The notes: generated by a model from the sequence alone, not told the origin. Numbered from the stretch's first letter, positions 37,190 to 46,083 are shown. The stretch: DNA of 64,000 nt from a virus (IMGVR_UViG_2898615884_000001:1-64000); one strand, 5' to 3'. Program-made: numbers and translations.

Positions 37190-37434
37190 GCGTTCGACCA
37201 CTCGGTGTGAACGGCGGCGACCTCGCTCACGTCGAGGTACTCGATCGCGGCGTTGGCGCGGGCGGTGGCCTGCCACTTGATGCCCACGAGGCCACCGAGA
37301 CGGTTGTGCTGGATCCGGTACTCGTCGACATCCGCGCGGATCTGAGCGCCGCTCTTCAGCGTGACGACCATGATGATCGGACCAGCGTCCGACCTGGTGT
37401 CGCTGGTCGTTTCGGTACGGGTCGTCTCTGCCAT
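37186..37434 (-). CDS. Hypothetical protein
   Basis: RBS GAAGGGA before ATG 37434. Confidence 0.6.
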   Translation of the reverse strand: MAETTRTETTSDTRSDAGPIIMVVTLKSGAQIRADVDEYRIQHNRLGGLVGIKWQATARANAAIEYLDVSEVAAVHTEWSNA

Positions 37435-37506
37435 GTCGATCCCTTCAGAACGGCCAGCCTTCGGCGCCTCGCACGCTCGCGGGAGGCGTCTGCTCATGGT
37501 GCTCCG

Positions 37507-38400
37507 CTAGGACGCGGCGCGCGCGGCGATCGTCTCGTCCACCACATCGAACCCGGCCACGCTGACGACGTCGTCCTGGTACTCGTCCTCGTTCATCAAC
37601 CGGCCGCAGTTGCGGCATTCGATGTGTCCGTCGTCGCGGGTCTGGAGGACGTTGACCCACGTGCAGCGCGGGCACCGTCCGGGACGGCGGCGGACGACTG
37701 GGTCGGACTTCGTCGCGCGGAGCAGCCGTGCCTGCCATGCCAGAATCCCGCGCCCGAACCGGGGTGAGCCGGGGTTGTCGAGGATCCTGTCGGCCTGCTC
37801 CAGGAGGTAGGCGAGGGTGCGCTGGCGGGCGTCGCCGCCGCGGGAGCGGCCGGGGCGGGGCGGGTGCCCGGCGTGCTCGCGCCATTGCCGTTCGACGTCG
37901 GCGAGCATTCCGTAGAGGGCGTCGAGCATGTCGGTGATGGGCGAGGGGGACGGCGCGGTGGTGCGGCGGGTGGGGATGTGCTCGCCGGATGCGGCGCCGC
38001 GGTGTCCGTCCGCCCACGCCTCCAGTGTCGCGGCGAGGTCCCCGATCTCGACGAGCGCGGCGCGGATCCGTCGGCGGCACCTGGGGCACCACACGTTCGC
38101 GCCGCTGGCGGTGACGGCCTCGCCCGCGGTGAACGGCACCTCGGGTTCGTCGGGCGGGTCGGGGAGGCGGCCGGGTTCCTCGGGGAGGACGATCGCGAAG
38201 AGCGCATCGTAGGCGTCGGGCGCTAGATCCTCGTCCTCGGGGACGTCGGCGAGGAGCTGCGCGGCGGTGCCGGACAGGGCGGCGCAGGTGCTCCGCCAGG
38301 CGGTGTGCGCGGTCGTGTACGCCGCCCACGCGTCACGGTAGCGGCGGTTGCAGGCGCCGGGGCAGGCGTCTTCGGACGGCCCGATCGTGTTCACCATCAT
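37507..38400 (-). CDS. Zn-ribbon protein, possible late transcription regulator
   Basis: CPGAC, WCPRC, RCPRC, ECRNC cysteine motifs. Confidence 0.7.
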   Translation of the reverse strand: MMVNTIGPSEDACPGACNRRYRDAWAAYTTAHTAWRSTCAALSGTAAQLLADVPEDEDLAPDAYDALFAIVLPEEPGRLPDPPDEPEVPFTAGEAVTASGANVWCPRCRRRIRAALVEIGDLAATLEAWADGHRGAASGEHIPTRRTTAPSPSPITDMLDALYGMLADVERQWREHAGHPPRPGRSRGGDARQRTLAYLLEQADRILDNPGSPRFGRGILAWQARLLRATKSDPVVRRRPGRCPRCTWVNVLQTRDDGHIECRNCGRLMNEDEYQDDVVSVAGFDVVDETIAARAAS

Positions 38401-38624
38401 CCGCCTTCCGTGAAAAGCCTCGCGAGCATGAGCTGGTGGAGCGTGATCGCCATCTGTTCGGCGGCGGCGGTGGACCAGCCGTCGCGCTGGAGCTGGTCGC
38501 GGTAGCCGCGGACGGTCTCGTCGAGGGGGCCGAGGGCTTCACGGATGTCTGCCAGACCCCCGGCGAGCATGTTCGCTGCGTCGTTGACGTCTGGTGGTTC
38601 GGGCTGCTTGCGGGTTGCTCTCAT
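38397..38624 (-). CDS. Hypothetical protein
   Basis: Coupled at both ends. Confidence 0.6.
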   Translation of the reverse strand: MRATRKQPEPPDVNDAANMLAGGLADIREALGPLDETVRGYRDQLQRDGWSTAAAEQMAITLHQLMLARLFTEGG

Positions 38625-38965
38625 CGGAGGCCCAGCTCCCGTTCGAGCTCGGCGATGCGCCGGTCGCGGTCGGTGACTTGTCGCCGGAGCTCGGTGGGCG
38701 AGAGCGGCGCTGTCTTGACCAGCGCGTTGATCGCGACGCGGTAGAGAAGGTATGCGGGCCAGAGCGGCGCGAGCCCGACGCCGGCGATGGCGGCAGTGCG
38801 ACGCCAAGACTCGATCTTGCCCGGCTCGTTCATGAGGGACGGCCACCTCTGGCAGCTCTGTTCGACCTCGCGGGCGATGAAGGGGTGGGCGGCGTAGCGC
38901 ACTCCCAGGGCGAGGTAGACGGCGGTTCCGACGACGGCGGCGAGGACGTGGAGGGCGGTGTTCAT
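38621..38965 (-). CDS. Membrane protein with C-terminal coiled coil
   Basis: Two TM segments; RRIAELERELG. Confidence 0.65.
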   Translation of the reverse strand: MNTALHVLAAVVGTAVYLALGVRYAAHPFIAREVEQSCQRWPSLMNEPGKIESWRRTAAIAGVGLAPLWPAYLLYRVAINALVKTAPLSPTELRRQVTDRDRRIAELERELGLR

Positions 38966-39084
38966 AGCGCCCATTTCCAGAGCCAGGCGATGCAGGGCAT
39001 CGCGGTGAGGACGCCGATGAGCGTGGCCCATTGGATGGCTTGGGCGGTGGCGCGGGTGAGGGCGTCCTTGGGGAGGTCAGCCAT
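38962..39084 (-). CDS. 40-aa membrane peptide (not in the ORF track)
   Basis: Manual translation MADLPKDALTRATAQAIQWATLIGVLTAMPCIAWLWKWAL; ATGA coupling. Confidence 0.55.
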   Translation of the reverse strand: MADLPKDALTRATAQAIQWATLIGVLTAMPCIAWLWKWAL

Positions 39085-39253
39085 GGGGTGGTTCTTTCTC
39101 GGGGCCGGTGGGTGTCTCGTCGGGGGTGAGGCCGTCGATGGTGACCGTGCCGAGGTGGACCGGTGGATGGTCAGGGATGCCGTTGTCGTCGCTGGTCCAC
39201 CACCACGCCTCGCCCTTGCCGAACGTCATGATGGGCCGGTCGTCGTCCGTCAC
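39077..39253 (-). CDS. 58-aa hypothetical protein (not in the ORF track)
   Basis: GTGA coupling; VTDDDRPIMTFGKGEAWWW... Confidence 0.5.
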   Translation of the reverse strand: MTDDDRPIMTFGKGEAWWWTSDDNGIPDHPPVHLGTVTIDGLTPDETPTGPEKEPPHG

Positions 39254-39570
39254 GCTGTCGCCTCGCGCCGGTGGTCGGCGATGATCGGTAGTTCGACGAT
39301 GACGCCACCGACGGTGCGCGCGTGTTTGTCTGCGCGGTCAGGGGCGTCAAGGTAGGCGCGGACGATGCCGGTGCCGTCCACGACTAGGTGCACCTCTGAT
39401 TCGGCCTCGTCGTCCTCGCTGAGGTCGAACCCGCTGTTGGTCGCGTAGTCGATGGCCAGTTCGGGGAGCGCGTTGCGGACGGCGTCCAGCATTCTGGCCA
39501 TGACCTGGTGTGCGTCGTCGTCGGTGATGGCCACAAGCGTCACGGCGACGCGGTGGGTGGTGTCAGGCAT
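39250..39570 (-). CDS. Hypothetical protein
   Basis: RBS AGGAGGA before ATG 39570. Confidence 0.65.
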   Translation of the reverse strand: MPDTTHRVAVTLVAITDDDAHQVMARMLDAVRNALPELAIDYATNSGFDLSEDDEAESEVHLVVDGTGIVRAYLDAPDRADKHARTVGGVIVELPIIADHRREATA

Positions 39571-39967
39571 GGGGCGTGTCCTCCTTCGGTCCGGGGTCGG
39601 GTATCCACCCGATGCCGTCGCACGCCCCGCAGGGTTCGAGTGCGAGGGCGGCGGCGCGGACACGCACCTCGTGCCAGGTGGCCCGCGCGTTCCCGCTCTC
39701 GGTGCACGTGGCGCCTGGAGGGGCGGCGCAGACCGGGCACGACACCTCCGCCGGGTCGGCAGGCGTCCGGACGGAGGGCGTCCATCCGGCGCATTCGGCG
39801 CAGTTCGGGCAGCGGCGGAGTCGGGTTGCGGCGGCGAGTGGCCGGAGCTTGTGCGCGAGTTCGCGGGGGAGGTCGCTGCTGGTGGCGGTGCAGGGGCGGC
39901 CGGGGTCGGCGAGGCAGGCCGGGCACCGCGCGGCGAGCGGATCGGCTCCAGCTTCAGGCATCAGCAC
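39563..39967 (-). CDS. Zinc-finger protein
   Basis: Repeated CPxC...G..C...H motifs. Confidence 0.65.
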   Translation of the reverse strand: MLMPEAGADPLAARCPACLADPGRPCTATSSDLPRELAHKLRPLAAATRLRRCPNCAECAGWTPSVRTPADPAEVSCPVCAAPPGATCTESGNARATWHEVRVRAAALALEPCGACDGIGWIPDPGPKEDTPHA

Positions 39968-40649
39968 GGCCTTCCTCGGCCGGGCGTGGCCCCTGGTCGG
40001 CGCCGTGGCCGACGTGGACCTTGGCGAGCAGCTCGCGGACGGGCGCCTTGGTCATCGCGTCGTACTGGGCGCGGACCCAACGGACGTCGCCCATAGCGGT
40101 GTGCCGGTCGAACGCGCCCGGGTCGACGCCGAGCGCCCCGGAGAGCAAGTCGGAGTTCCACGGCAGTGCGGTCACGAGGGTCGGCCCCTGGTCGACGACG
40201 TCGTGCGGCAGGCCCCGCGCGGCGAGTTGGTCGGCGCACTGCCGGAACACCCCGTGTGCCCAGCCGACCGCCATCGCCTCGACGTCGATCAGGTGGTAGT
40301 GCCAGCCGGGCTCCAGCCCGTGGCGGCGCAGCAGGATAGCGATCCGTTCGGTGTCGAAGTTCGGGACGGCGCCCACGATGTGCGGGTGGCCGGACAGGAT
40401 CTCGGCGATCTCGCGGGCTGCCTTCGCCTGTGGTTTCGCGGCCTCGCCGGGGGCGAATCGTGCCCTGTGGTCGCTCAGGAACGGCTCAGGCAGCGCTGAG
40501 CACTTCGCGTAGTCGTGCTGGATGAACATGTGGTGTTCGTGCTCGGTGCCGTCGGGCTCGCGGATGATGGCGGCGAACTCCCAGATGTCGTCGTCTAGGG
40601 ACAGGCCGGTGGTCTCGGTGTCCACGAAGGCGATGCGGGACTTGGTCAT
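39954..40649 (-). CDS. DEDDh 3'-5' exonuclease (DnaQ-like)
   Basis: FVDTETTGL, VPNFD, HTAMGD. Confidence 0.9.
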   Translation of the reverse strand: MTKSRIAFVDTETTGLSLDDDIWEFAAIIREPDGTEHEHHMFIQHDYAKCSALPEPFLSDHRARFAPGEAAKPQAKAAREIAEILSGHPHIVGAVPNFDTERIAILLRRHGLEPGWHYHLIDVEAMAVGWAHGVFRQCADQLAARGLPHDVVDQGPTLVTALPWNSDLLSGALGVDPGAFDRHTAMGDVRWVRAQYDAMTKAPVRELLAKVHVGHGADQGPRPAEEGRADA

Positions 40650-41161
40650 GTTCTCTCCGGTCGTGCGGGCGGGTCGGGGACCTGGTCGTATTCGCCGCGC
40701 GCGATGAGCTGGTGTGCGTTCTTGGCCCACGCGGCGAACCGCCGCCGGATGTAGGGGCGCCCGTTCAGGCCAGCCCACCAGCACGCCAGAAGGACCTCGG
40801 TGCGGGTGACGCCGTAGTCGAGGGCGACGTCCTCGGGTGCGTCGCCGGCGTGGACGCGGTCGGCGATGGCCGCGCAGGAGATGCCCCGGATCATGGGCTG
40901 GCCGGAGCGGACGGCGGGGTCCACGTGGATGACGGGCCTCGGCCAGTCGCAACCCCACGGGGTGGTGGGTGTCGAGGAGTCCCCTTCGAGCATCTCGGCC
41001 GCCGCTCGGAGCGCGGAGGCGAGGTGGGCCATCAGCGCGTCCTCGTCGTCCGTGACGGGTGCGACGCTGTCGAGCGCGCCGTCGTCGACGGTCTCGACGG
41101 TGAGGAGTTCCTTGATCTCGCCGGAGCCGGCGTCGAGCGTGACGCGGATCTTCGGGCTCAT
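40646..41161 (-). CDS. DUF433-domain protein
   Basis: IHVDPAVRSGQPMIRG...IADRVHAGDAPEDVALDYGVTRTEV. Confidence 0.75.
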   Translation of the reverse strand: MSPKIRVTLDAGSGEIKELLTVETVDDGALDSVAPVTDDEDALMAHLASALRAAAEMLEGDSSTPTTPWGCDWPRPVIHVDPAVRSGQPMIRGISCAAIADRVHAGDAPEDVALDYGVTRTEVLLACWWAGLNGRPYIRRRFAAWAKNAHQLIARGEYDQVPDPPARPERT

Positions 41162-41835
41162 GCTGCGGCCCCGCTGGTGAGGTTGTCCAGCTCGGTTTGG
41201 AACGCGGCTTGGGTGATCGTCGCTGCGCGCGCTGCGTCCTCGTCTGACAGCTCCAGGCCGACGATGACCTGCTCTACGACCCGCCCGACGAGCGTGACGT
41301 AGGTGGTGCCGACCTGGCGGAAGACGTCCACGATCGTGGCTGTGGCGCCGGCGTCCAAGGCGGCCTTGGAGACCTGCGCGAGGTGGCGGCGTTCCTGCTG
41401 GTAGAGGACGATCCACGCGTTCGGGGTGGCCTTCTTCTTCACCTCGCGGTCGGCGCCGATGGTCTCCTCGGTGACGCCCCAGACGATCTGGTCCTCCTCC
41501 AGTTCCTGGACGCGGAGCTGGAGGTAGGCGACGGTCGCGGCGGACCGTTGGACCTCTTGGAGGAGGGCGGTGGCGGGGTCGATGTCGAGCGAGCCGCCGA
41601 ACCGCTCGGCGGCGATGCGGGCTTTCGCGGTGCGCGCGGCGACGCGTGCGTTCCGGACGGATCCACCGTGGAGTTTGCAGTTCCCTACGCCGGGGCCTTC
41701 GTCGTTGGTGGCGTGGTCGGTTGCCCAGCCGGCCGGGAGGTGGCAGGCGGTCCCGGAGCCGTCCCTCTTGCGGGCGTGGCAGTGGTTCCGGGTGCAGCCT
41801 TCGAGGTCGGGGCCGTCCTCGTTTGGTCTGGCCAT
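41158..41835 (-). CDS. terS: Terminase small subunit (HGGxSTG-type), putative
   Basis: CHARKRDG...C...CKLHGG, DIDPATALL.EV.RSA...YL, NAWIVLYQQER. Confidence 0.7.
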   Translation of the reverse strand: MARPNEDGPDLEGCTRNHCHARKRDGSGTACHLPAGWATDHATNDEGPGVGNCKLHGGSVRNARVAARTAKARIAAERFGGSLDIDPATALLQEVQRSAATVAYLQLRVQELEEDQIVWGVTEETIGADREVKKKATPNAWIVLYQQERRHLAQVSKAALDAGATATIVDVFRQVGTTYVTLVGRVVEQVIVGLELSDEDAARAATITQAAFQTELDNLTSGAAA

Positions 41836-41914
41836 GGTCACCCCCTTGGCCCCCATTGTGCCCTGTACGGCGTACGGAGTGGGGGAGTCGGTGGCAGCGA
41901 CCTTTGCGCCTCGG

Positions 41915-42415
41915 CTAGGACTTGTTCAGCTTCTTGATCCGTCGCTGGATCGCGCCCTTCTGCGCGCTCATCTTGTCGAACTGCTCGATGGTCCTGATCT
42001 CCTCGCCACGCCACGTCGTGTCGATGTCGAGAGCCCAGATGCCATCGAGCGCCTTCTGCCTGATCGCCTCGGAGAAGCGGGTGTTGTTGATGATCTCGGA
42101 GAGCTCTTGCAGCCGGCGGTGCCGGTCCGTCTCCTCGACGAGGAGTTGAAGGGCTGGCTCTCGTTCATTCGGTGGGGCCTCGGCGACGCGTTCGGCGGCC
42201 TCGATCACCTGCTGCTCTTGTTCGGCGAGCTTCTGTTCCATGCTCATCTCGATGCCTCCCGGGAGGGTGAGGGAGGTCATGCGGGCGAAGACGCTGTCAA
42301 CGGCGTCCCGGTGTCGCTTGAGGATGAAGATCACGAGGGTGAGTACTGCGAGGGGCCAGGCGAAGGAGCCGATGAGTTTGGCGATGGCCTCGATGAGCTT
42401 GATCCAGTTGTCCAT
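41915..42415 (-). CDS. Membrane-anchored protein (moron-like)
   Basis: N-terminal TM with AWPLAVL; Ile/Lys-richer composition than its neighbours. Confidence 0.7.
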   Translation of the reverse strand: MDNWIKLIEAIAKLIGSFAWPLAVLTLVIFILKRHRDAVDSVFARMTSLTLPGGIEMSMEQKLAEQEQQVIEAAERVAEAPPNEREPALQLLVEETDRHRRLQELSEIINNTRFSEAIRQKALDGIWALDIDTTWRGEEIRTIEQFDKMSAQKGAIQRRIKKLNKS

Positions 42416-42539
42416 CGGGGGGCTGGTCCGTTCGGTTGCTGGTGGGGTTGGACGGGTTGGACGTTGTGGTTGCTGGCGTGGTTCACCGCTTGTTCGGGGG
42501 CGTGCCTACGTCGCGTGGGGTCGGCTCGATGGGGTGAGT

Positions 42540-42845
42540 TCAGCTCGACGGTGGGAGCCAGCGCGGGTCGTAGTCGGCGTGGTCGTCCCAGATCACTGCG
42601 AGGTTCTGGAGGACTAGGGCGTAGCCGAGGGCGATGCCGTCGGTGAACTGGGTGCGGGCTTCGAGGGCTTGGGCGTGTGCGGCTCGTGCTTCGCGGGCGA
42701 TGGCGCGTTTGGCGTTGATGTCGCGGAGGGCCTGGGCGGGGGCGGGGGTTGCGGTTTGGGTGAGGCGGTGTTCTTCGTCGTCCAGGCGCGCTTCGGTGAA
42801 GGTGGCGAGGTCCAGGAGGAACGGGGTGGGGTTGAACGTGGTCAT
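42540..42845 (-). CDS. DUF6221-like protein
   Basis: FTEARLDDEE...LRDINAKRAI...LAVIWDDHADYDPRW. Confidence 0.75.
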   Translation of the reverse strand: MTTFNPTPFLLDLATFTEARLDDEEHRLTQTATPAPAQALRDINAKRAIAREARAAHAQALEARTQFTDGIALGYALVLQNLAVIWDDHADYDPRWLPPSS

Positions 42846-42854
42846 GCTGTTGTC

Positions 42855-43037
42855 CTACTCGGCTTCGGTCCAGGGTCCGTGGAGTTGCCAGCCGTTCTGC
42901 TCGGTGGGTTTCTCGGGTTCGCGGTAGACGAGGACGCCGCCGTATTGTTCGGCGGCGGCGCGGGCGAGTTGTTCGGCGTTGGGGCCGGTGATTTGGAAGA
43001 GGATCTCACCGTCCACGCGCGCCGCCCAGGTCTTCAT
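42855..43037 (-). CDS. Hypothetical protein
   Basis: ATGA coupling. Confidence 0.6.
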   Translation of the reverse strand: MKTWAARVDGEILFQITGPNAEQLARAAAEQYGGVLVYREPEKPTEQNGWQLHGPWTEAE

Positions 43038-43252
43038 TGGTCGTCGTCTCCGGCTTCGTCTGCGCCTCGGTGGGGGTCGTCGGGGTGGCGTTCGGCGCGG
43101 AGCATGTACTTCAGGTGGGTCGCCTCGTAGCTGTTGACGATGCTGAGCATCTCGATGTCGGTGAGGTCGTGCTTCTCCTGGAAGTCGATGAGGAGGACGC
43201 GGAGGTCGGCGAGGGCGCCCCCGACACGCATGGTGCGTTCGTGGAGTTTCAT
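43034..43252 (-). CDS. Hypothetical protein
   Basis: ATGA coupling. Confidence 0.6.
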   Translation of the reverse strand: MKLHERTMRVGGALADLRVLLIDFQEKHDLTDIEMLSIVNSYEATHLKYMLRAERHPDDPHRGADEAGDDDQ

Positions 43253-43488
43253 GGCTGCCACGGTTCCCGTCGGGTTGAGGTGACGTGGGTGGTGGTGATG
43301 CGGGTGACGCGGTGCTGGTGTCGGGTGAGGCAGGGGTCGCATACGCGGAGTTCGAGTTCGCCGGTTTCGTCGTAGGTGGAGCTGTAGCCGGGGGCGCCAC
43401 GGAACGGTGTGGAGTCGCCGTCCGCGAGGTCGTCGCCGCAGGAGAAGCAGGCCGGGGTGGGCTGCTCCGGTTCGGGGTTGGGGGTCAT
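43249..43488 (-). CDS. Small Cys-containing protein
   Basis: CFSC and VCDPC motifs; RBS GGAAGG. Confidence 0.6.
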   Translation of the reverse strand: MTPNPEPEQPTPACFSCGDDLADGDSTPFRGAPGYSSTYDETGELELRVCDPCLTRHQHRVTRITTTHVTSTRREPWQP

Positions 43489-43531
43489 GGCCGCCAGCCT
43501 TCCTGCTGGAGCGCGTGCGTGGCGAGATCCA

Positions 43532-44233
43532 TTACACGCCAGCATCCCTCAGGATTCTCCCGACCGTTGCGATGCCGCGTCCGACCTCCCGCGCGATTGC
43601 AGGATGGGTGCGTCCTTCCCGACGGAGGGCGACGATCCGGGAACGCTCGTCGTCCGAGAGGCGCGTCTGCCGCAGTCCGCGTGAGCGCCGAGCTTCCTTC
43701 TGGCGCCGGTTGCTCCGTTCGTTCTCGCATGTCCGGCAGCGGTGCACCTCACGCCCCTGCTGGTGTACTACCACCAGGTTGTCGCCTTCCTTTGCATGGC
43801 CTCTAGGGCAGTGGGTCTTACGCGGAGGTCGGTAGGCGCGGCCGCGAGCGACCGCGTCTCGCACGTTCTCCACGACCGTTCCCGGATAGAGGTGGGCGGG
43901 ATTGACACAGGGCGGGGTGTCACAGTGATGGAGGATCCATATGCCGTCTGGGATTGGCCCGCGCTCGCGTCGCCATGCTTCTCGATGTGCGAGGTGCTTG
44001 CTCTTCCAGCGTCCGTAGCCCTTCGGGTCGGCTTTGCCTGTCCAGAGCCAACATCCGTAGTCGTGCGTCTTCTCGACCTGGCTCCAGAAGTCGTCGACGA
44101 ACCTGGGGGCGATCTCGCGTTCCTCGACCGGGGTGTGGTCGAGCCAGTAGCGATAGCACCGGCTGCACATCCCGCGCGTTAGCTTTCCGCCTGTGCCACA
44201 TCCTGGGGTTGAGCAAATACGGTCCTGGGTCAT
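43532..44233 (-). CDS. HNH homing-type endonuclease with C-terminal HTH
   Basis: AHREAW...ILHHCDTPPCVNPAHL.PGT..ENVRD; KTHCPRGH. Confidence 0.9.
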   Translation of the reverse strand: MTQDRICSTPGCGTGGKLTRGMCSRCYRYWLDHTPVEEREIAPRFVDDFWSQVEKTHDYGCWLWTGKADPKGYGRWKSKHLAHREAWRRERGPIPDGIWILHHCDTPPCVNPAHLYPGTVVENVRDAVARGRAYRPPRKTHCPRGHAKEGDNLVVVHQQGREVHRCRTCENERSNRRQKEARRSRGLRQTRLSDDERSRIVALRREGRTHPAIAREVGRGIATVGRILRDAGV

Positions 44234-45420
44234 GGTGCTCCGGTGATCGTCTGCTCGTGCATCCGCTCGCGCAGATGCTCGGGCGTGTGGTGGGTGTGCT
44301 GGTCGGCTGGTTCAGGTTCCCACCGGCCGGGGAGGGCGGGGGGTCGTTTGGCAAGGCGGGCGGCTTCGGACTCGGCGGCGATCTGGGCGAGGTGCTTCCT
44401 CGCGGCGGCGATGGTTTGGGCGACGGAGGGGCGGGGCCCGTCATGTTCGGGTTGCCGGTCGGGCGTGGCGGCGGCGAGCGCTTCGGCGACCGAGCGGCTG
44501 TCGGGCAGCGCGGGCCCGGTCGGGGTGCGGTCGTCGTACGGGTCGTCGTCGTCGTCCGGCGCGGTCGTGGTGGCGGTCGAGTGGAGCTGGACGGCCTCGA
44601 CGATGTCGAGCAGATCGGTTTTGGGTGACCCGTCGGGGTGGACGGTCATCGACTCCATGTACTTCACGAGGTCCACGACTCGCGTGCCCGCGCGCCCCCG
44701 CACGACCTCGATCACGGCGGCGGCTTCCTCGTCGGTCAGTCCGTAGCGCTCGTGAAGCCAGCGGGTGCCTTGCCGGTCTCGCGCGCGCGTCGACTGACTG
44801 ATCGGTGTATCTGGTCGGTGGACCTGATCGGTGGGCGGACATGCTGCATGTCCGGTTGAGGCGTCAGGATGTCCGGTTGAGGTTCGCGTTTTGTCCGGTT
44901 GAGAATCCTCATCCGGACACTCATAGGTGTCCGGATGAGGCGCGGTCTCAACCGGACGTTCTTGGGTGTCCGCTTGAGACGGTTCGGCGGGCAGCGCTTC
45001 GGCCGCCATCTCGGGAAGTTCGCAGTCTCCCCACGCGGGCGCCAGGATCTCGGCGAGCCGCGCGAACACTGCGGCCGGGAACGTGGCGATGTAGACGCTG
45101 GCGCGGGTCGTGCCGTCGCCGTTGCGGCCGCCGCGCTGCACGCACATCAGCCAACCGCCGGCGATCGCCTGGTCGAGATGCCTGCGCAGCGTCCGCTCCG
45201 TACCGCCCCGCGCGAGGACGAACCGGTGATACCCGGGGCGGCCCTGGGTGCCGTCGGGGTTCATGTACAGCGCGAGGACGCACAGGGTGTACCGGACCTT
45301 CTCGGGCAGGTCGAGGCCAGCGATGTGCAGTGCCTTCTGCCAGATGAAGACTCCCCGGGCGCCGAGCAGCGCGGCCGGTACGGGTTCCGGCGCCGGAGCG
45401 GCACGCGGACTTTCGGGCAT
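44230..45420 (-). CDS. Replication initiator (N-terminal winged HTH, lambda O-like organisation)
   Basis: VRYTLCVLALYMNPDG..RPG...RTLRRHLDQAIAGGWL; internal iteron cluster. Confidence 0.75.
   Translation of the reverse strand: MPESPRAAPAPEPVPAALLGARGVFIWQKALHIAGLDLPEKVRYTLCVLALYMNPDGTQGRPGYHRFVLARGGTERTLRRHLDQAIAGGWLMCVQRGGRNGDGTTRASVYIATFPAAVFARLAEILAPAWGDCELPEMAAEALPAEPSQADTQERPVETAPHPDTYECPDEDSQPDKTRTSTGHPDASTGHAACPPTDQVHRPDTPISQSTRARDRQGTRWLHERYGLTDEEAAAVIEVVRGRAGTRVVDLVKYMESMTVHPDGSPKTDLLDIVEAVQLHSTATTTAPDDDDDPYDDRTPTGPALPDSRSVAEALAAATPDRQPEHDGPRPSVAQTIAAARKHLAQIAAESEAARLAKRPPALPGRWEPEPADQHTHHTPEHLRERMHEQTITGAP
44849..44978. repeat. Iteron cluster, putative replication origin
   Basis: TGTCCGG(T/A)TGAG direct at 44849, 44870, 44892, 44928, 44967 and inverted at 44908, 44947; first three spaced 21-22 bp. 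Confidence 0.75.
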
Positions 45421-45545
45421 GCGAGGGACTCCCCAGGTCGAGGCAGGGGTGGGGGAAGCGACGACCCGGGGAGCGGGCGTCGGATGGGACGGGCCTACGG
45501 GGGCCGGAGGATCAGGCGGGAGCGCCGCCGTCGGGCAACGGCATG

Positions 45546-45950
45546 TCAGGCGTCGGAGTCGGTTTCCGCCGCGCGCTCTTCCTCAGCGATCTCGGCGCCG
45601 GCCTTGATGAGGCGGGGCCGGTGGATCATCGTGTTGGTCGGCCGCTTGGCCTTGCCGGCGAGGCAGGGACCGCTCTCCACTTTGCAGCTGGGGCACGGCA
45701 GGGTCAGCGCACGCGCGCGGATGCGGGCCTTGCGCTCTTCCCAGGCGGCGTCGGCGCGGTCGATGAGTTCCTGCGGCGGTCGTTCCGGGAGTTCCGCGCC
45801 GGGGCGGCGCATGAAGTAGGCCCAGAGCGCCTCGACGAGCTGGCTGCGGGTCGTGCCCATGGCCTCGGCGATGAGTTCGCCGGGCTCCCAGTTGTCGTCC
45901 GAGAGGGTGACGGACCGGTGTTGGCGACCGGGTTGGGGCTGTCTGGGCAC
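45546..45950 (-). CDS. Ribbon-helix-helix regulator fused to a Zn finger (Kor-like)
   Basis: HRSVTLSDDNW...GTTRSQLVEALWAYF; C-terminal CPSC...C...H; divergent from the tra operon. Confidence 0.7.
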   Translation of the reverse strand: MPRQPQPGRQHRSVTLSDDNWEPGELIAEAMGTTRSQLVEALWAYFMRRPGAELPERPPQELIDRADAAWEERKARIRARALTLPCPSCKVESGPCLAGKAKRPTNTMIHRPRLIKAGAEIAEEERAAETDSDA

Positions 45951-45965
45951 GAACCGGAGTTTCTC

Positions 45966-46051
45966 AGGTCCACGTGTGCTTATCAACGCGCTGCCTTTCC
46001 GTGCGGTGAGTTGAGGTCCACGTGGACCTAAGTTAAGGTCCACGTGGACCT
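45966..46051 (+). promoter_or_regulatory. tra-operon promoter with two perfect 16-bp palindromes AGGTCCACGTGGACCT and one partial site
   Basis: Palindromes at 46014-46029 and 46036-46051; partial AGGTCCACGTG at 45966-45976; TTGAGG(46011)-N17-TAAGGT(46034). Confidence 0.85.
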
Positions 46052-46083
46052 AATCGCAACCCCGACATGCCAAGGGAGATCAG

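Noticed and set aside
43532-44233. Packaging-associated HNH (HK97 gp74-like)
   Set aside because: Architecture (HNH_3-like core, extra Zn motif, HTH) and location beside rep fit a free-standing homing endonuclease better
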